Counted from the stretch's first letter, positions 1 through 13,149 are shown. The stretch: DNA of 64,000 nt from Camelus ferus (GCF_009834535.1 NC_045707.1:59522001-59586000); one strand, 5' to 3'. Translations and numbers: made by a program. The notes: generated by a model from the sequence alone, not told the origin.

Positions 1-21
1 ATGAAAACTGTAGATTTAGGG

Positions 22-515
22 TGAAGGGATCTAAAATACGCCACTGAGGAGAGCTTTTCATCTTCCTTTCTAAACTCCTCTTGTCTAACTTTAAAAGTGT
101 CTCCCAAGAGAATGCAACTGTCATAAATCTCTTCCCTGGGAGTTTCACAACGAGATGATTGATTCCTATCACCAGAAACAAATGTGAATATTTAGGCACT
201 GAAGAAGAAATTGCCTCAATAGACATTGTCACAGAACTATCATATCTCCCATCTCTTCTTCTAAGGTCCCATTTATCTTTCTTAAAAGTCATTTGTTTTC
301 CCATATAAATATCCTTCTCCCTGTCCCCTTTTCCCTGTTAAGATGTCTCAAATTCTAAACATCATCTTGAGTGACATCTTTCTGTGATCTCCTGCATACA
401 TATGTGAACAAAAAATTGTCTTTTCTCTTGATAATATGTTTTTTGGTCAGTGTAATTTGCAGGCCCCCAACCACTAAACCTAACAGGGTGGAAAAAAAGA
501 TTTTCCCTCCCAGTA
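22..515 (+). mobile_element. Solo LTR, ERV1 class, MER34-like
   Basis: Starts TGAAGGGATCTAAAATACGCCACT and ends ...TTTTCCCTCCCAGTA, like recalled MER34 termini. 4-bp TSD AGGG at 18-21 and 516-519. Confidence 0.65.
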
Positions 516-1079
516 AGGGATTTGGCATGACTACCTGTTTGGACTGAGATTTCCCTCAATATACTAAGTTTTAATGATTGATACTCTGAGAGGCATGTAA
601 TATCATGACAATCCTTAACGCCTATTTGTAAACTCTTTCATCAGCTGGGATTTTAGTATCTAGATTACAGCGCCACAAATGAAATCCATCTGTCATTTAA
701 TACAATACAAAATTAAAAATTTATATGATATATTATGCTTTTATATTTAAAAAAAAGTCATGATTAAACATGCAAAAATCAGTAAAAATATCATTAAATT
801 GATTCCTTTATATTTGACATGAACAATCACTATATTTAAGAATAAAATTTAGATAACAATGTAATGGACAAACCAGAATAGACCTAGAAAAAGTTTCTTT
901 GTTACTACAGCTTGTGGAATTTTGTCCACATTCAATAAAGCCTTTGGTACCTGGAGCTTTGTCTTTCTCTCTTTTGAGACTCGTTCTGTCATCATAATGA
1001 GTTAACGGCCACCTGGATAAATCATCTACAGAACCGAATTCTGACTTCGGGACCATTCTACATTAGCAACTCAGGCTAT

Positions 1080-1400
1080 GACTTGTACCTCGCTTAATCA
1101 CCCAGGACACCTCTCCAATGTTAAATTTCATTCTATTTTTTGACAAGAATCATCTTCACTTAACTTCATTTCTCCACGGACTTTGACACTGGTGTCTATT
1201 CCCTATTCTCTCCACTTCACAAATATCAGTGACCCCTCTTTGGTCTCATCTTTGTGTTAGAGCTGGTTTCTTTGTCTCTTCAATGGCTACTCTTCCTTTA
1301 TTCCTTTTGAAAAGTCAAGGGTTCATTCTCAAGATTTGTCTTCTTACTCTACATCACAGATCCAAATGGGCTTGTAGCCCACACAGTGTTAATCCACAGA
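1080..1400 (+). mobile_element. Degraded L2 LINE fragment
   Basis: Pyrimidine-rich L2-like text (ctttgacactggtgtctattccctattctctcc...). Approximate boundaries. Confidence 0.4.
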
Positions 1401-2086
1401 GCTTTTTAAACAAAATTAATTACAGTTACTGCCATAATAAGACTCACAGCATCCAGTGAGTGACGCTATGGCTGGGATACAGACCTTAGATTTGGCTTAC
1501 TTTTTATAAAAAAAAGACTTTAAAATGTGCTAAAATAGTTTTGCCACCATTCCTTGCACCTGCTGGGCAGGCATCTCATGAAGGGAGGCATCCTCATTCT
1601 GTCCAGCGGGTACCACCACCAGCACATCTCTTTGGGAAACTTCAGTGGACCTAGGGAGTCTACACAACCATCTGTAAGTCTGTTCATTGTTTCTTGCTTC
1701 TCTCTGATTTCCCAGAATATCTGACACTGAGGAAAGTGTATACCTTTAATTATCTATTAATCTCATCGATCTCCAAAGACAGTTGCCAATATTTAAAAAT
1801 TGGGAGAGTTCTCCAAAAAGTCTAGATTCTTGACTACACTTAACAAATCCAATGGTTTGGCAATCCTCAGCCATCCTTTCCACATTTCCTCTAGAGCTGA
1901 GGGTAGATGTCAGCTTTGGAATGGCATCCATGTCCCTTCTGCTGCACTCATTTCATGTGATGTTCCTGATCTCTATAGGATTTGAGCTTACGATGCACAT
2001 ACTACACATACTTTCCACTTTAATCCAGCACTTAGAGAACGACTGACCCTATATCTCAAAGGATGAAACCACCTAGGTGTTAGACA

Positions 2087-2513
2087 GTTTTATGGACTGA
2101 ATTGGGTCCATTCCCTCCCCACTCCCTGACCACCACCAAATTCATATGTTGAAGCTCTGACCTTCCAATGTGTATATATTGGAGACAGAACTTTTATGGA
2201 GGAAATTAAGGTTACATGAGGTCATAATAGGGGTGGGGGCTATTCCAATACAACTGGTGTCCTTATAAGAGGAGGAACGGACACTAAATATCTCTCTCTT
2301 TCACAGCAAGAGAGCACAGAGAAAAGGCCACATGAGGACACAGTGAGAGGGTGGCTGTTGGCAAACCAAGAAAAGGCCTTCATAAGAAAATGAATTTTCC
2401 AGCATGCTAATCCTGGATTGGTAGCCTCCAGAACTGTGAGAAAAACAAATGTCTGCTGTTCAAGCCACCCAGTCTGTGCTTCTGTGTTATGACAGGCTGA
2501 GCAGAGTACGACA
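2087..2513 (+). mobile_element. Solo LTR, ERVL-MaLR MLT1(A-C)-like
   Basis: Contains tatggactgaattg...aaattcatatgttgaag, ctggtgtccttataagag and gcctccagaactgtgag...aagccacccagtctgtg. Confidence 0.85.
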
Positions 2514-2851
2514 CATGGACCAAACCCAGGTTCCTCTCGAAATGATGTCCTACTTCTGTCCTTCAGTTCTGTGCTCATCTGCCTTCACCTGGACTTTGAC
2601 AGTCACTTCCTATGCCATCTACCTGCGTTGGTGTCTTTCTCTTCAATATTTGCTGTTCGAGAGTTCTTTTTAAAATATGATTAAATGTGTTCTTGCTTTG
2701 AAATTAAAAAAAAAACTAATTAAAATACGTCAGACAGCTCCTTATTACCTACAGGCCCAAACACTCAAGAGGGCCCATTCAGATCCACTGTCTCCTGTCC
2801 ACCCTTGCCCACATCCCCAGTGCATGAGCAAGATCGCATTATTCATGGCTC

Positions 2852-3321
2852 TGACAAAGACTCTCTCCTTGACAAAACTTTAGCTGGGGTGCTCTGAGGT
2901 TGCTTCGCCACTTGGCCTTGATCTTGGCCCCCTGCTGGGCCAACACCGCCCACTTTTATTAAAAATCCTGCTAGGTCAGTTCTGAAAGAAGCCTCCACCC
3001 TTCATAGCAGATTACCTTCCATATAGGGTCAAATTTCTCATCCTCCATCCTCAGTACTCGATCATGTCAGGCCAACACTTTAACAAGAATCCTGTTGAGT
3101 GGGTTTAGCAAGAATCCCCCAACTCTCATATCTACTTTTAGTAATTTCCCTTTTGCTCACCCCCTTCATTCTGCATATTGGCCATAAACCCTCACTTGTT
3201 CTTGTTGTATTCAGAACTGAGCTCAGTTTGGTACCGAGGTCTCTTTTCCCCAATTGCAATAGTTCCTTATGAATCTGTTTTCATTGCTTTAACTCCTGTC
3301 AGCCTCTAGATTCCTTTAACA
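2852..3321 (+). mobile_element. Solo LTR, ERV1 class, MER31-like
   Basis: Begins TGACAAAGACTCTCTCCTTGAC and ends CTTTAACA. 4-bp TSD GCTC at 2848-2851 and 3322-3325. Confidence 0.85.
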
Positions 3322-5249
3322 GCTCCTTAAACTAAACTCTCTTACGTCTCCATGTTCCCCTGTATTCCTTCTGATTCCTCCCAGACTATATGTCAAAAAG
3401 TCTTTTTTTCTTTCTTTTTTTCAATGGCCCGACTTAAATCATACTGCTTTTGGAAGCCTTTTCTTAGACTCTCAAGTTGAAATATTTATTCTCCATTGGT
3501 GCTTCTAAGGTACTTTGTATACACATCCATTATGAATTGGTCAATTTTATTATCACTTTATATGTTGTTCACAGTATTTTCTCTGACCATTAAATTCAGG
3601 GCCTTTCACTTGTATTATTTTATTTTACTTTTACCCAAGGTGCTATTAGGATGTCAGGCACTTAGGAGTAACTATTTATTTATTAACTAATACTTGTTAA
3701 TGTTAGTACAAAAGCCAATGTAAGGACAGTAAGAGGAATTAATGAAAGTCAAAACAACAATTATTTTCCACCCTCTCTCCAAAATGACCTTTTAAAAACA
3801 GCTCAACAAAATGGTATAAGTGTATATGAATTAGGATTGGCCTCACTATAACCAGAGTCAAATGGATAAAGCCTGCACCTTTTAACTGTCTGTTATGAAT
3901 TTATTTGTGGAGTTCCCAGAAAGTCTCCAACATGTCTACAAGGATAAATCCATTCTGTAATCTTTTCTTAGTCAGGTTAATAAGGAAATGGGGTTGGTGT
4001 TGGATTGATATAGAAAGTAAAGAAACTGCAAGATCTTTGAGTAATAAAATACTTAAAACATAACAAATCTGGCTGTTGGAGGCCCCCTTCTTTTCTTTGG
4101 GGTCATGTCAAGCTTCTGAGAAGACAAATTCAGCTGTTCCCCATCACCCATCATATTTTCTTCAGAAGTTGATCAAAGGAAAACCTGTAACCTTCACTAT
4201 AGCAACACAAACAGCTCAAATCCTTTGCCATGCTAGCCAGCTGGGTACTCTGTCATTACATCAGTGTATTTTCACTGATACACCTTTTAGAAAGAAGATC
4301 TAAGAAATACGAAAAATTAATAAAACATTACTGATCTGTTTTGGCATTTACGCTTTCTTATCAGTGAACTATTGCAAGCCTTATTATTTATCAATTTACT
4401 AAAATGAACCAATCACTAATATGTTTCATATTATTTAAAAAAACCCTTGACTAAGGTAGCTGGGAAACTAGAAATACAGAAGGTAGAAGACCCAACTCCT
4501 TGCATGATTATATCCACTAAATGAGGGCAGTAGGCTAAATGAGCATTGCTTAAAATATTACAGGAACAAATTATTATCATAGAGAAAAAAGTGGGAGAAT
4601 CAGTGATGAAAATGCTTAAGTAGAACTGAATTAAATACAGTGAAGCAGGCTTTATTTTGGCTCAGTACTTTGAGCCATGCTTGTCTACCCTATTTGGAAT
4701 GGAGATCAGAATGAAGAAAATTTTATGAACAACACCCTGTACAAATGAACAGAAGGACTGTCACAACTTTACTATTTAAGATTATGTATTTAAAACAATA
4801 AACGTCCTGAGTCACTTCCTGAATATAAGATTTTTAAATCGCTTCGGATTTGTCTAGAATAAAAGAGGAACACCTAAGACTCCCATAGTGGGAATTTTCA
4901 CTACAACTGTATTGCTTTTTAACATGTAAAAATGACCAAAATGTTTTTTTGTATTCCTTAAATTACATCATGCTTTCAAAAACCTTCTACATAATTCTCA
5001 AAATCGGAGACAATTTATTTCAGGTGCAACACATCATTGTTTGATCTAATTTACAGATTATTAGTGCCATTGTTATTTTTATATTCTCTTTCCCTTGACA
5101 AAGCACAGCTAATGAAGTTGGAACTGCGAAATGCCAGTTTTTTTTTTTTTAATGTTTAAAAGTTTATATCAACTGTTTATATTTTCATAGGCCTGGCATC
5201 TATTTGTTCATTTTCAGATGTGGTTCACTAGTTTTAGTGTTTATCTGAG

Positions 5250-5385
5250 TCATCTGGTTAAAGCTCAGATCACTGGGCCCCAGATTCAGTAAGTCCTGGA
5301 TGGAAATGATAATCTGCGTTTCTAACAAGGTCCCAAGTGATGCTGATGCTTCTGATCCCGGGGCCACACTTTAAGAACTATGCCT
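5250..5385. mobile_element. MER5A-like hAT-Charlie DNA transposon remnant
   Basis: Contains ctgggccccagattcagtaagt...atctgcgtttctaacaaggtcccaagtgatgctgatgct...ccacactttaagaac. Confidence 0.8.
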
Positions 5386-5799
5386 TTTGCAGGTCCCAAT
5401 TTATTAGACAGATACCTGGGTCTTTCTGTTGGTCTGGGGTTCCTCAGCCAGGCCCCAGTCTGGAGCCTTAAGGGAGCAAGGAGAGCTAATTATCCCACAT
5501 GTCTCCAAAATAAGTCACCTTTGTATTGATTTCTAGATTCTGCCATCATAAATCTCATTGTCCAAAGACCAAGAGAGTTTTTTTCACTTCTAATGTTTTC
5601 CACTGTCAGCCAACAATGTGTAGGTCACAAGTTTCAAAATGTGGGCCACACTTTGGATTTCTTTCCCTCCAATCACTGCTTTGTATTTTCCCACATAACT
5701 CATTCCCTCTCTTACATCATATCCTTGCAGTATCTTGGCTGTTTTTGCAGTCTTATTTGCCTCTTTACCCAACTGGACTGTTGCTAGCCTAGATGGATA

Positions 5800-6200
5800 T
5801 ATTCATTCCTTGGTTCACTCACTCCACAAGTATTTATTAAAAGCTCAGCGTATAATAACTATGACAATAATTTTGCATTCCTGAGTTTACACTGTAATGG
5901 GGGAGGTGCAAAATAAACATGTAAACAAATGAGTACGGTATATTTTAGAAGTGATGTGTACATTGAAGAAAATAATAGAAAGTAACGGGAAAAAATGACT
6001 GGAAATGAAACGCATCTTAGCTACTCTGTAAATGCTTCTCTAAGGGAACACTAAGATGAGACAGAAATGTGATGGAGGCAATAATACAAGAAATGTAGAA
6101 AAGGGCGTTATAGGCAGAGGAAGCATCAATTCGAAAGCAGCAAGACGTCCATGGTGTTTGAAGGCAGCGAGAATCAGAGGGAAAATGCTGTAAGAGGAGT
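5800..6200 (-). mobile_element. L2 LINE 3' fragment
   Basis: Starts attcattcc...aagtatttatt (reverse of the L2 tail), followed by L2-like purine-rich body. Confidence 0.55.
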
Positions 6201-6720
6201 TCAGGTGGGGGTTGGGAGTGGGCAACATTTTCCTTAAGCCTTTTAGAACCACATGCTTCACACACATCTTTTACACAGTCTAGAAGGCTAGCATACACAC
6301 AGGATGAGAGCCAAAACTGTTCTGTTGGCCAACCAAACATCAGCATCATTTGAGTGAGGAGAAACTGAAGACTAACAATAGAATTCACCATCTAGCCTTT
6401 GGAGTTGGCTGTATAAAATGCGCAATGAATCGTACACACTTATTTCAGAATATGGATACACTAGGTCTGAACCATTTGTCCGCTTCATAACTGCTGAATT
6501 AAAGAACTACTCTAGGTATTGATACGTAGTAGTCGTTCTAGGAATATGCAATCCCATTCTGCTCACGAAAGTAAAAAAAAAATCTGAGTGAAGTGGGGCA
6601 AAATCAAGTCAGAAATATGTCTTACAACATTATTTCACAAAGACAGGTATTCTCAAATAGCAGTGATTCTGATACAACTGGCAAAACAATTCCCAGCAAA
6701 ATAATAACTAGTATATGAAA

Positions 6721-6746
6721 CACACACACACACACACATACACACA
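6721..6746. repeat. (CA)n microsatellite
   Basis: cacacacacacacacacatacacaca. Confidence 0.95.
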
Positions 6747-7232
6747 AACCTTTAAGCAATTTGAAGTCTAAAAGAGATTAGCCTGCAGCAAGAGCTGTGT
6801 GCTTTCAAAAAACCCCTCAAAAAAAAGCATCAAGCTTATTTTACCTGATGATTAGAATTGTTCTAATCTTTCCATCATTAGCACCCAGGCAGATCTGAGG
6901 GCATCTGTATTGAAAGGTATTTATCAGCCGGGGTTCTTTTCAAGTAAGGAACTTAAGTCTAGGTTTATAATTTGGCATTTACAGATATTAATATTTGTCA
7001 CCATGTAACCCAAAATTTGTTAAGTATTCTCACCAGCAAAGCAATTTTTTTCCAGCATTATGCAGAGCCAAAAGTTTTGTAAGCAAAACCACCTTAGTTT
7101 TTAAAATGTTCCAAAGTAATTATTATACCAAAATAAAAAGCCTTTTGGTTTATACTGCAAAACTCCAACCATTTCATTTAAAAAGCTGCTTTATTCACTG
7201 CCCCCCACCATCAAATATACTGATGGCATTAC

Positions 7233-7352
7233 CTGTCTGCATCCACTGTCACATCATGAACTCCTCTCTGGATGACATCCCTGGAAGTGGCTGTGTCTGG
7301 TATTCGGTTCAGACTTCTAGTATACAGGTTCAGCCCTCCATCTGTCATGTAC
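7233..7352 (-). CDS. NAV3: NAV3 internal coding exon (~exon 12, 120 nt), (G)YMTDGGLNLYTRSLNRIPDTATSRDVIQRGVHDVTVDAD(S)
   Basis: Acceptor attttcag|G and donor AG|gtaatg. Phase 2-2. Contains the NAV-family GYMTDGGL motif. Confidence 0.95.
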
Positions 7353-8822
7353 CTGAAAATAAATGCCTAATTAATCAACAGAAAAGTAAATGACCTCATT
7401 TGTATAATTTAACTTAATACACTGTGTTTATAATTTTTATTAATTATGCAAATAGGCTCTTTTATAGCTTTTTTCTATATAAACATTCTACTCACCAGGA
7501 AGTATCAGAACAGCTTTTCAAGTTTATTAGGAAATTATTCTTCCTTACGGCAATAAGTAGATAGCCTATTATAAAGCCATCCCTTTCCCCCTTTTGTTAA
7601 TGATATTTTGAACAGGCTTATAGATAATGTAACTCCTAGCAACACTGGAGCAAGATCATTTCATTTTGTAAATACCATTTTTGAAGCATTGAAGGTCACA
7701 GGAGTCATGTTAAAATTCGATTAATTTATTCGATAAGTAAAATGTACAAAACTGACCACTATTGTAAAATAATAACTAAGATGTATTAAATGCTTAAGAT
7801 GTTGCCAGGAACGGTTCTAAATAATTTACATGTCATACATCATTATCGTCACATTAGATCTAGGTTGTTGATTTGCTGGAGAGTGTGAAACTGTCTTAGC
7901 ACATCAAAAAGGAACATGAGCTTTAGTGGGGAAGACAAATACAATCTATGCTGTATTTGTGGTGTCTACGGGAAATCCACATATCCACGCACAGGAAGCA
8001 GTTTAATATTTCATTCTAGAGCAAGGTGGAGCAGTATGGCCTGGAAATAGTAATCTGGAAAACAGAGATGTGAAGAAAATATGCCATAACTATGCAAAGT
8101 TTTTCTACACAGAAGGAAGAGGAGTAGCAGTATAAGGGAGGAAGATTTAGAAATGTTTTGTGAGACTATTGGGTTTTTTTTAATGTGATCATCTTATAGC
8201 TTATAGAATTTGAACATGGCTAAAGTTATCCTAAGACTTTCATCATTGGAGAGATTTTAATTTTTGTTTGTTTGTTGCGAGTTTCCTTTGCAACTTTTTG
8301 TACTAATCTTCTCTATGACTATTACTTCTTAAACTCATCTTAGCTAATGGTTTAGAAGTGTAGGTATAACATTATCAGGAATTTTTTAATAAAATTTTAC
8401 ATTATTCTTTCAAAATGATCTCCTACCATTTATAGCTCCCAGACTACAGCAGAATTTTTCTAGAGGAACTATGAAATTCATGTTAAGTTTTTAAAACCTT
8501 CAGAAAAAAAGAAGGAAGAACTTTCAAGAAAAATGTAAATGAGGAATTTGCTTTATCCATGTGATGACGCTATGTAACTTTTCAGATAATAAACTCATGG
8601 TTTTATTATGAAAATGTCCTACCAACATTCAAATGTGACAAGTGTCTGTAAACAGGAATTAGACACCGCTAACTCTTTTTGGTTCAATTAATACCTGTTT
8701 AAACCTATTTGACATTACCTGAAAATTTCAAGAAAAGGTTAAGGACTCTCACAAGGTCACTCAACCAGTCATAGCAGAATTGAGAATAAATCTAGAAAGT
8801 CGGCTCCAGAAACCATGATCTT

Positions 8823-9018
8823 TCTTTTCTTTGTAATATATTTTTCTATTGAAGTTTAGCCAGTTTACAACATTGTGTCAGTTTCTGGTGTGCAGCATAA
8901 TGCTTCAGTCACACATGAACATATATATTCATTTTCATATTCTTTTTCACCATGAGTTACTACAAGATACTGAATATAGTTTCCTGTGCTGTATAGTATG
9001 AACTTGTTGTTTATCTGT
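8823..9018 (-). mobile_element. L1 3' terminal fragment (artiodactyl-type 3'UTR) with degenerate tail
   Basis: Reads attgaagtttagccagtttacaacattgtgtcagtttctggtgtgcagcat...aatatagtttcctgtgctgtatag...ttgttgtttatct. Confidence 0.85.
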
Positions 9019-9189
9019 TAGCTCAAGCAGTAGAGCGCATGCTTAGCATGCACAAGGTCCTGGGTTCAATCATCAGTACCTCCTCTAAAAGTAAATAAAC
9101 CTTATTACCTCCCCCAGCCAAAAATAAATAAGTAAGTAAGTAAGTAAATAAATAAATAAATAAATAAATAGATAAATAAATAAATAAAT
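9019..9189 (+). mobile_element. tRNA-Ala-derived SINE (Vic-1-like, camelid) with (TAAG)n/(TAAA)n tail
   Basis: A-box TAGCTCAAGCAG, anticodon-loop remnant CTTAGCATG, B-box GGTTCAATC, then cagtacctcc...aaccttattacctccccc and an AT-rich tail. Confidence 0.85.
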
Positions 9190-9299
9190 GTTCTTATTGT
9201 TCAGAAACCATGATCTTAACAACCACCTAGATTTTGTGTTAAGCATTCTTTTGCTTTTCTTTGTGATTTTACCATATGGGCACGTATTCTTCAAAACAC

Positions 9300-9940
9300 A
9301 TTGTTTAGCACCTCATGATTTTGAACTGTATATAAACTGAACCAAATTATATATATTCTTTTGTGACTTATTTCCTTCAATTAAAACTACATTTTTGCCA
9401 ATCATCTATCTTGATGTATATTCATGTTAGAGTTGTACAGCTTTGTTTGTCAAACGCTCTCCAGTCTATTAATCCATCTGACTGTTAGGGACATTTGAGC
9501 TGTTTTCTGTTTTGTTTGTTTGCTGTTACAAACAACTCTGCCCTGAACATTTGTATACATGCACTTCCTTGTGCTCACAGGCAAGGGCTTATCTAAGATC
9601 TATATATAGGAAGGGAATCATTGGGTCATAAGAGATACATGCACATCTTCAAACCTTACTAGTGAATGCCAAAGAGTTTTCAAAAAGGTTTCAAAATAAC
9701 CTCCTATAAAACTCTGTGGATAGGGATTCTCATGCTGTTTTTAATTTACAAGTTCCTTATTACCAAGCATGTTGATTATATTTTTATTTTGTTATGGGCC
9801 ATTTATGTGTGAAATGGCTATTTATGCCTTTTGCTCATTTTTCTATTGGGTTCTTTGCTTTTTTTGTTGGCTTTTTCTTTCCTCATTGATACTAACCCTT
9901 TCTGAGTTATGTGTGTTGCATATGTGTGTGGCTTACATAG
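9300..9940 (-). mobile_element. Old L1M (L1ME-like) fragment
   Basis: Contains ggacatttgagctgttttctg, tgaacatttgtatacatg, attgggtcataag and ccttttgctcattttttctattggg. Confidence 0.6.
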
Positions 9941-10989
9941 GGTTTTATCCTGACATCTTTCTCTTGCTTATTTTTATGTGACATGAATTCTTCTGAATAA
10001 AAAGAAACTTGATCCAGATTCCTTCCTAACGTCACACAGTAACTGTTTCTGTTATTTTTGTGTAGTGTTTTAAAATGCAGTGAGCAGCTTTTTGAGATTT
10101 TGGGAGTCTGTTCCCATCTCCCAGTTTTATCTGGACCTTTCCTATTTTTGCGTTTCGCTACATCCTGTTCAATTCTGCTTCTACTCCTGGAAGTTCTCCC
10201 CCAGTGTGGGGCTCTGCCCTGGAAGGGAGCTGTGGCTGGACAGTCTAATGAAGTCACGGGAACTAGACTGCTCCATTCCTGTCAGATGCGACCTTCAGCC
10301 CTCACTCTCCCTGGCTGGTCAAGTGGTCCAAACCCTCCCAGCTTAGCTGCTATATTCACATCTGCCCTGGGTGTTTCCTAGTCAGTTTCTCTTGGCTACT
10401 TAGGGTTCTTCTGTTCTCACTGTTATCAGTGGCCCAAAAACTACCCTCTGTTTCTTCTTCTGTGCACAGACACTGAGGCAATGAGGGTCCTTTGGCTCCT
10501 GACTGTCGCTAATTCCTTATATTTATGGTTTGAGATGATACCTTGCCATCATCTTTCTTGTGTAAACAATGATCACGTTCTATGGCTTTATTATCTAGTT
10601 GCTTTGTCTGCTTTTGTGGGGATTTGGAAAGATTCAAAAACCTCTGCTTCTACCATATCTCCCTCGAATTCTCTTTTTACATTCAATATACCTCCTTTCA
10701 GCCACTGTATGTAACAATTAGCTATTTTTATGACATGAACACACAGGGCACCTAAAGTGTTTTTTTTTTTTTAACCTCAAAGGAATTCTAATTCAGCATC
10801 TTCCTGTAGATGAGCACAGATAATATTAAGGATTATCCCTGAGATCAGAGATGCTAGCTACAACAACTATCCTAATAATGAGTGATTGCTGTGAAGTCCT
10901 GTTACGTTTGTTTATAAAAGATCAACTCCTAGGAGAGAAATGCATACAAACTAGTCATATAGACAACTTCACAGGGGTGGCATGTCAAG

Positions 10990-11270
10990 ATGATTACGAG
11001 TGCAGACTGGAGCCAGACTGTTCTCAAGTTCAACTCCAGCATTGCAAACACCAAGAAATTTGGAATTCCCAGAATACCAATTAACAAATTTCTGAGTTCT
11101 ACCTGAAGTTACTTAACCTATCTATGCCTCAGTTGTTTCATCTGTAAAATGAAGATAGTAACGATACACTCACCTTTTACAGGTATGGTGACATACAGAT
11201 GAGTTCATATATATAAAATGGATAGAACACGGCCTAGCACACGGTAAGTGCTTTATAGAAGTTTTGGCTA
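10990..11270 (+). mobile_element. MIR SINE, interrupted at 11041-11105 by a templated insertion
   Basis: Reads gactggagccagactg...ttacttaacctatctatgcctcagttgtttcatctgtaaaatg...agaacacggcctagcacacggtaagtgct. Confidence 0.85.
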
Positions 11271-12739
11271 GTGTCACTGGCTATTCTTCCATTACAATGT
11301 CTACATTCCCTAAAAATAACTCTCATATCTTGAATATGAAATGACAAGTAGCATTATGATTGGGAGTCTGGCGTTTAGCATGTAAACTCAGGTAGCCCTG
11401 CCCTTCCCAATGAAGACCACGCATGCTTTAGTCATCACAAAGGTTACTGAAGGGGAACGGATGGAGTGTCAGGGGAGAAGCGGGATGAAAGTATCCACCT
11501 CCCTTTTTAAAAGTGTCATTCCCTAGACATTCCCTGTGTTTGGGCCAAGTGACAAAGCAGAATTTTAGGTTATATTCTTGGCCCAACTATTTATCACTAT
11601 GACACTTGCAGATAACTTCAATTTCCACCCAATTAAAATATGTAACTTTCCTCCCCAGTTTCCCAGGGTGCTCCATTTTTGCTTCATACATGGGGACTTT
11701 TTCAAAGAGATTCATTATAAGTAAGAGGCCTTCCTCTGAGTAATTCCTAATTACTGGCAGATTCACATCCCCAAGTGTTTAAAGCAAGTTTTAAGACGAG
11801 AAGAAAGAGATAAGCATTTGCACGCTTCGAGAAATTTCAAATTCTCAGAATGCTGATTAACTAATTCTCTGAGTTCTACCTGAAGTACATGAAACAAAAA
11901 AATGAAACTGCACTCTCATTTACTTCATGACATTCCTTGAGGTTACATGAGAAAAAAAAAAATCCTAAATTAAACCTCTTCATTCGTTGTGTCTTTTGAG
12001 CCTTTTGTCCCTTTAATCACTAAAACATACTTGAAAACATTGGGAACAGACGGTGAACTTTGTCACTCAGTTTTTTCATGAATCGTAGCACGGACATTTG
12101 TATGTCCTTTTTTTTTTTTTCTTACTTAAAGAAAACATCAAATTAAAATGTCCCCAGGATGTCTTCCCAACTTTTAATTCTATGCTGAGACATCGGGTTG
12201 CATCCTCCTGGTACTGACAGTATATATACCATGTTCACTGATGAGCAAGGAAGAGGTAGAGCACATCCTGGGTGTCCTCCTCACACCCCCAGTAACCCCT
12301 GGGCTGAGACCAGTGATACTGTCCACCGACCACATCTGGTCACTCTCCCTCCAGGGAAGAGAATGCTGAGTCATTCTTTAAATTTCAGTGTTCTGTACTC
12401 TACCGTGGGAAAGACAAAATGTAGAAGGCCAAGCAGGTAAACATCACCGGAGGAAGTTCTCATACAGGGTTTGTGCAGTTCTTACTTATGCCTTTTCTTC
12501 TTCTTCTTTTGATATTGAATATTAATAACTTTGTTGGTCAAAAGAAAACATGCAGACCACCAACGTTTGTTTACAGACTCGTTTGTGGGACTATCCAAGG
12601 CCTCCTTTGAAAGACCAACAGGGAACAAAAATGGAGAACAGAAATCTGAATTCTGAGGCAGGAAACAAGTAGGAAAAACAAAGGACATGACAATATTTAA
12701 AAAATTTCTCATTAGTGAGTTCAGCAGAGACCAGCTAGC

Positions 12740-13149
12740 TCGCATCAAATCAATTTCCTCTTCCTCCTGGGCACACAGCTGAACCGTGGTTCCTGGCCGT
12801 GCTGACAGTTAGATGTGGCCACACAGCTGTCCTGGCTATGGAAAGGCAGATAGAAGTCACAAGGACCACTTCCAGCCCTGAAGCATATGAAATACTCTTA
12901 ACACCACGGTTCTTTCTCTCTTTTGTCATCTGCCTGTTGAAATCAATGCCCAGGGTGACATCAGAAATCTGGCTGGATAATAGCAGTTATCTATCTACCA
13001 TCCAGCTTAGTCTCTGAAAGACTGTATGATACACAGTGCCCAAATGAGGGTCAGAAACACCAAGGAGGGTTTTATGTGAAGGAGGAATTAACTTCTTGGT
13101 GTTAAGATACCGAGATTTTCTGTTACAGAAGTGAGTGTTCATTAATACA
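12740..13149 (+). mobile_element. Old MaLR LTR (MLT1I/J-like)
   Basis: Contains cagttagatgtggccac...accacttccagccct and ends ttaacttcttggtgttaag...tgttacag...taataca. Confidence 0.55.

Noticed and set aside
9019..9085. Possible tRNA-Ala(AGC) gene
   Set aside because: The 5' acceptor stem is missing and the sequence continues into a SINE body and tail, so it is a tRNA-derived SINE.
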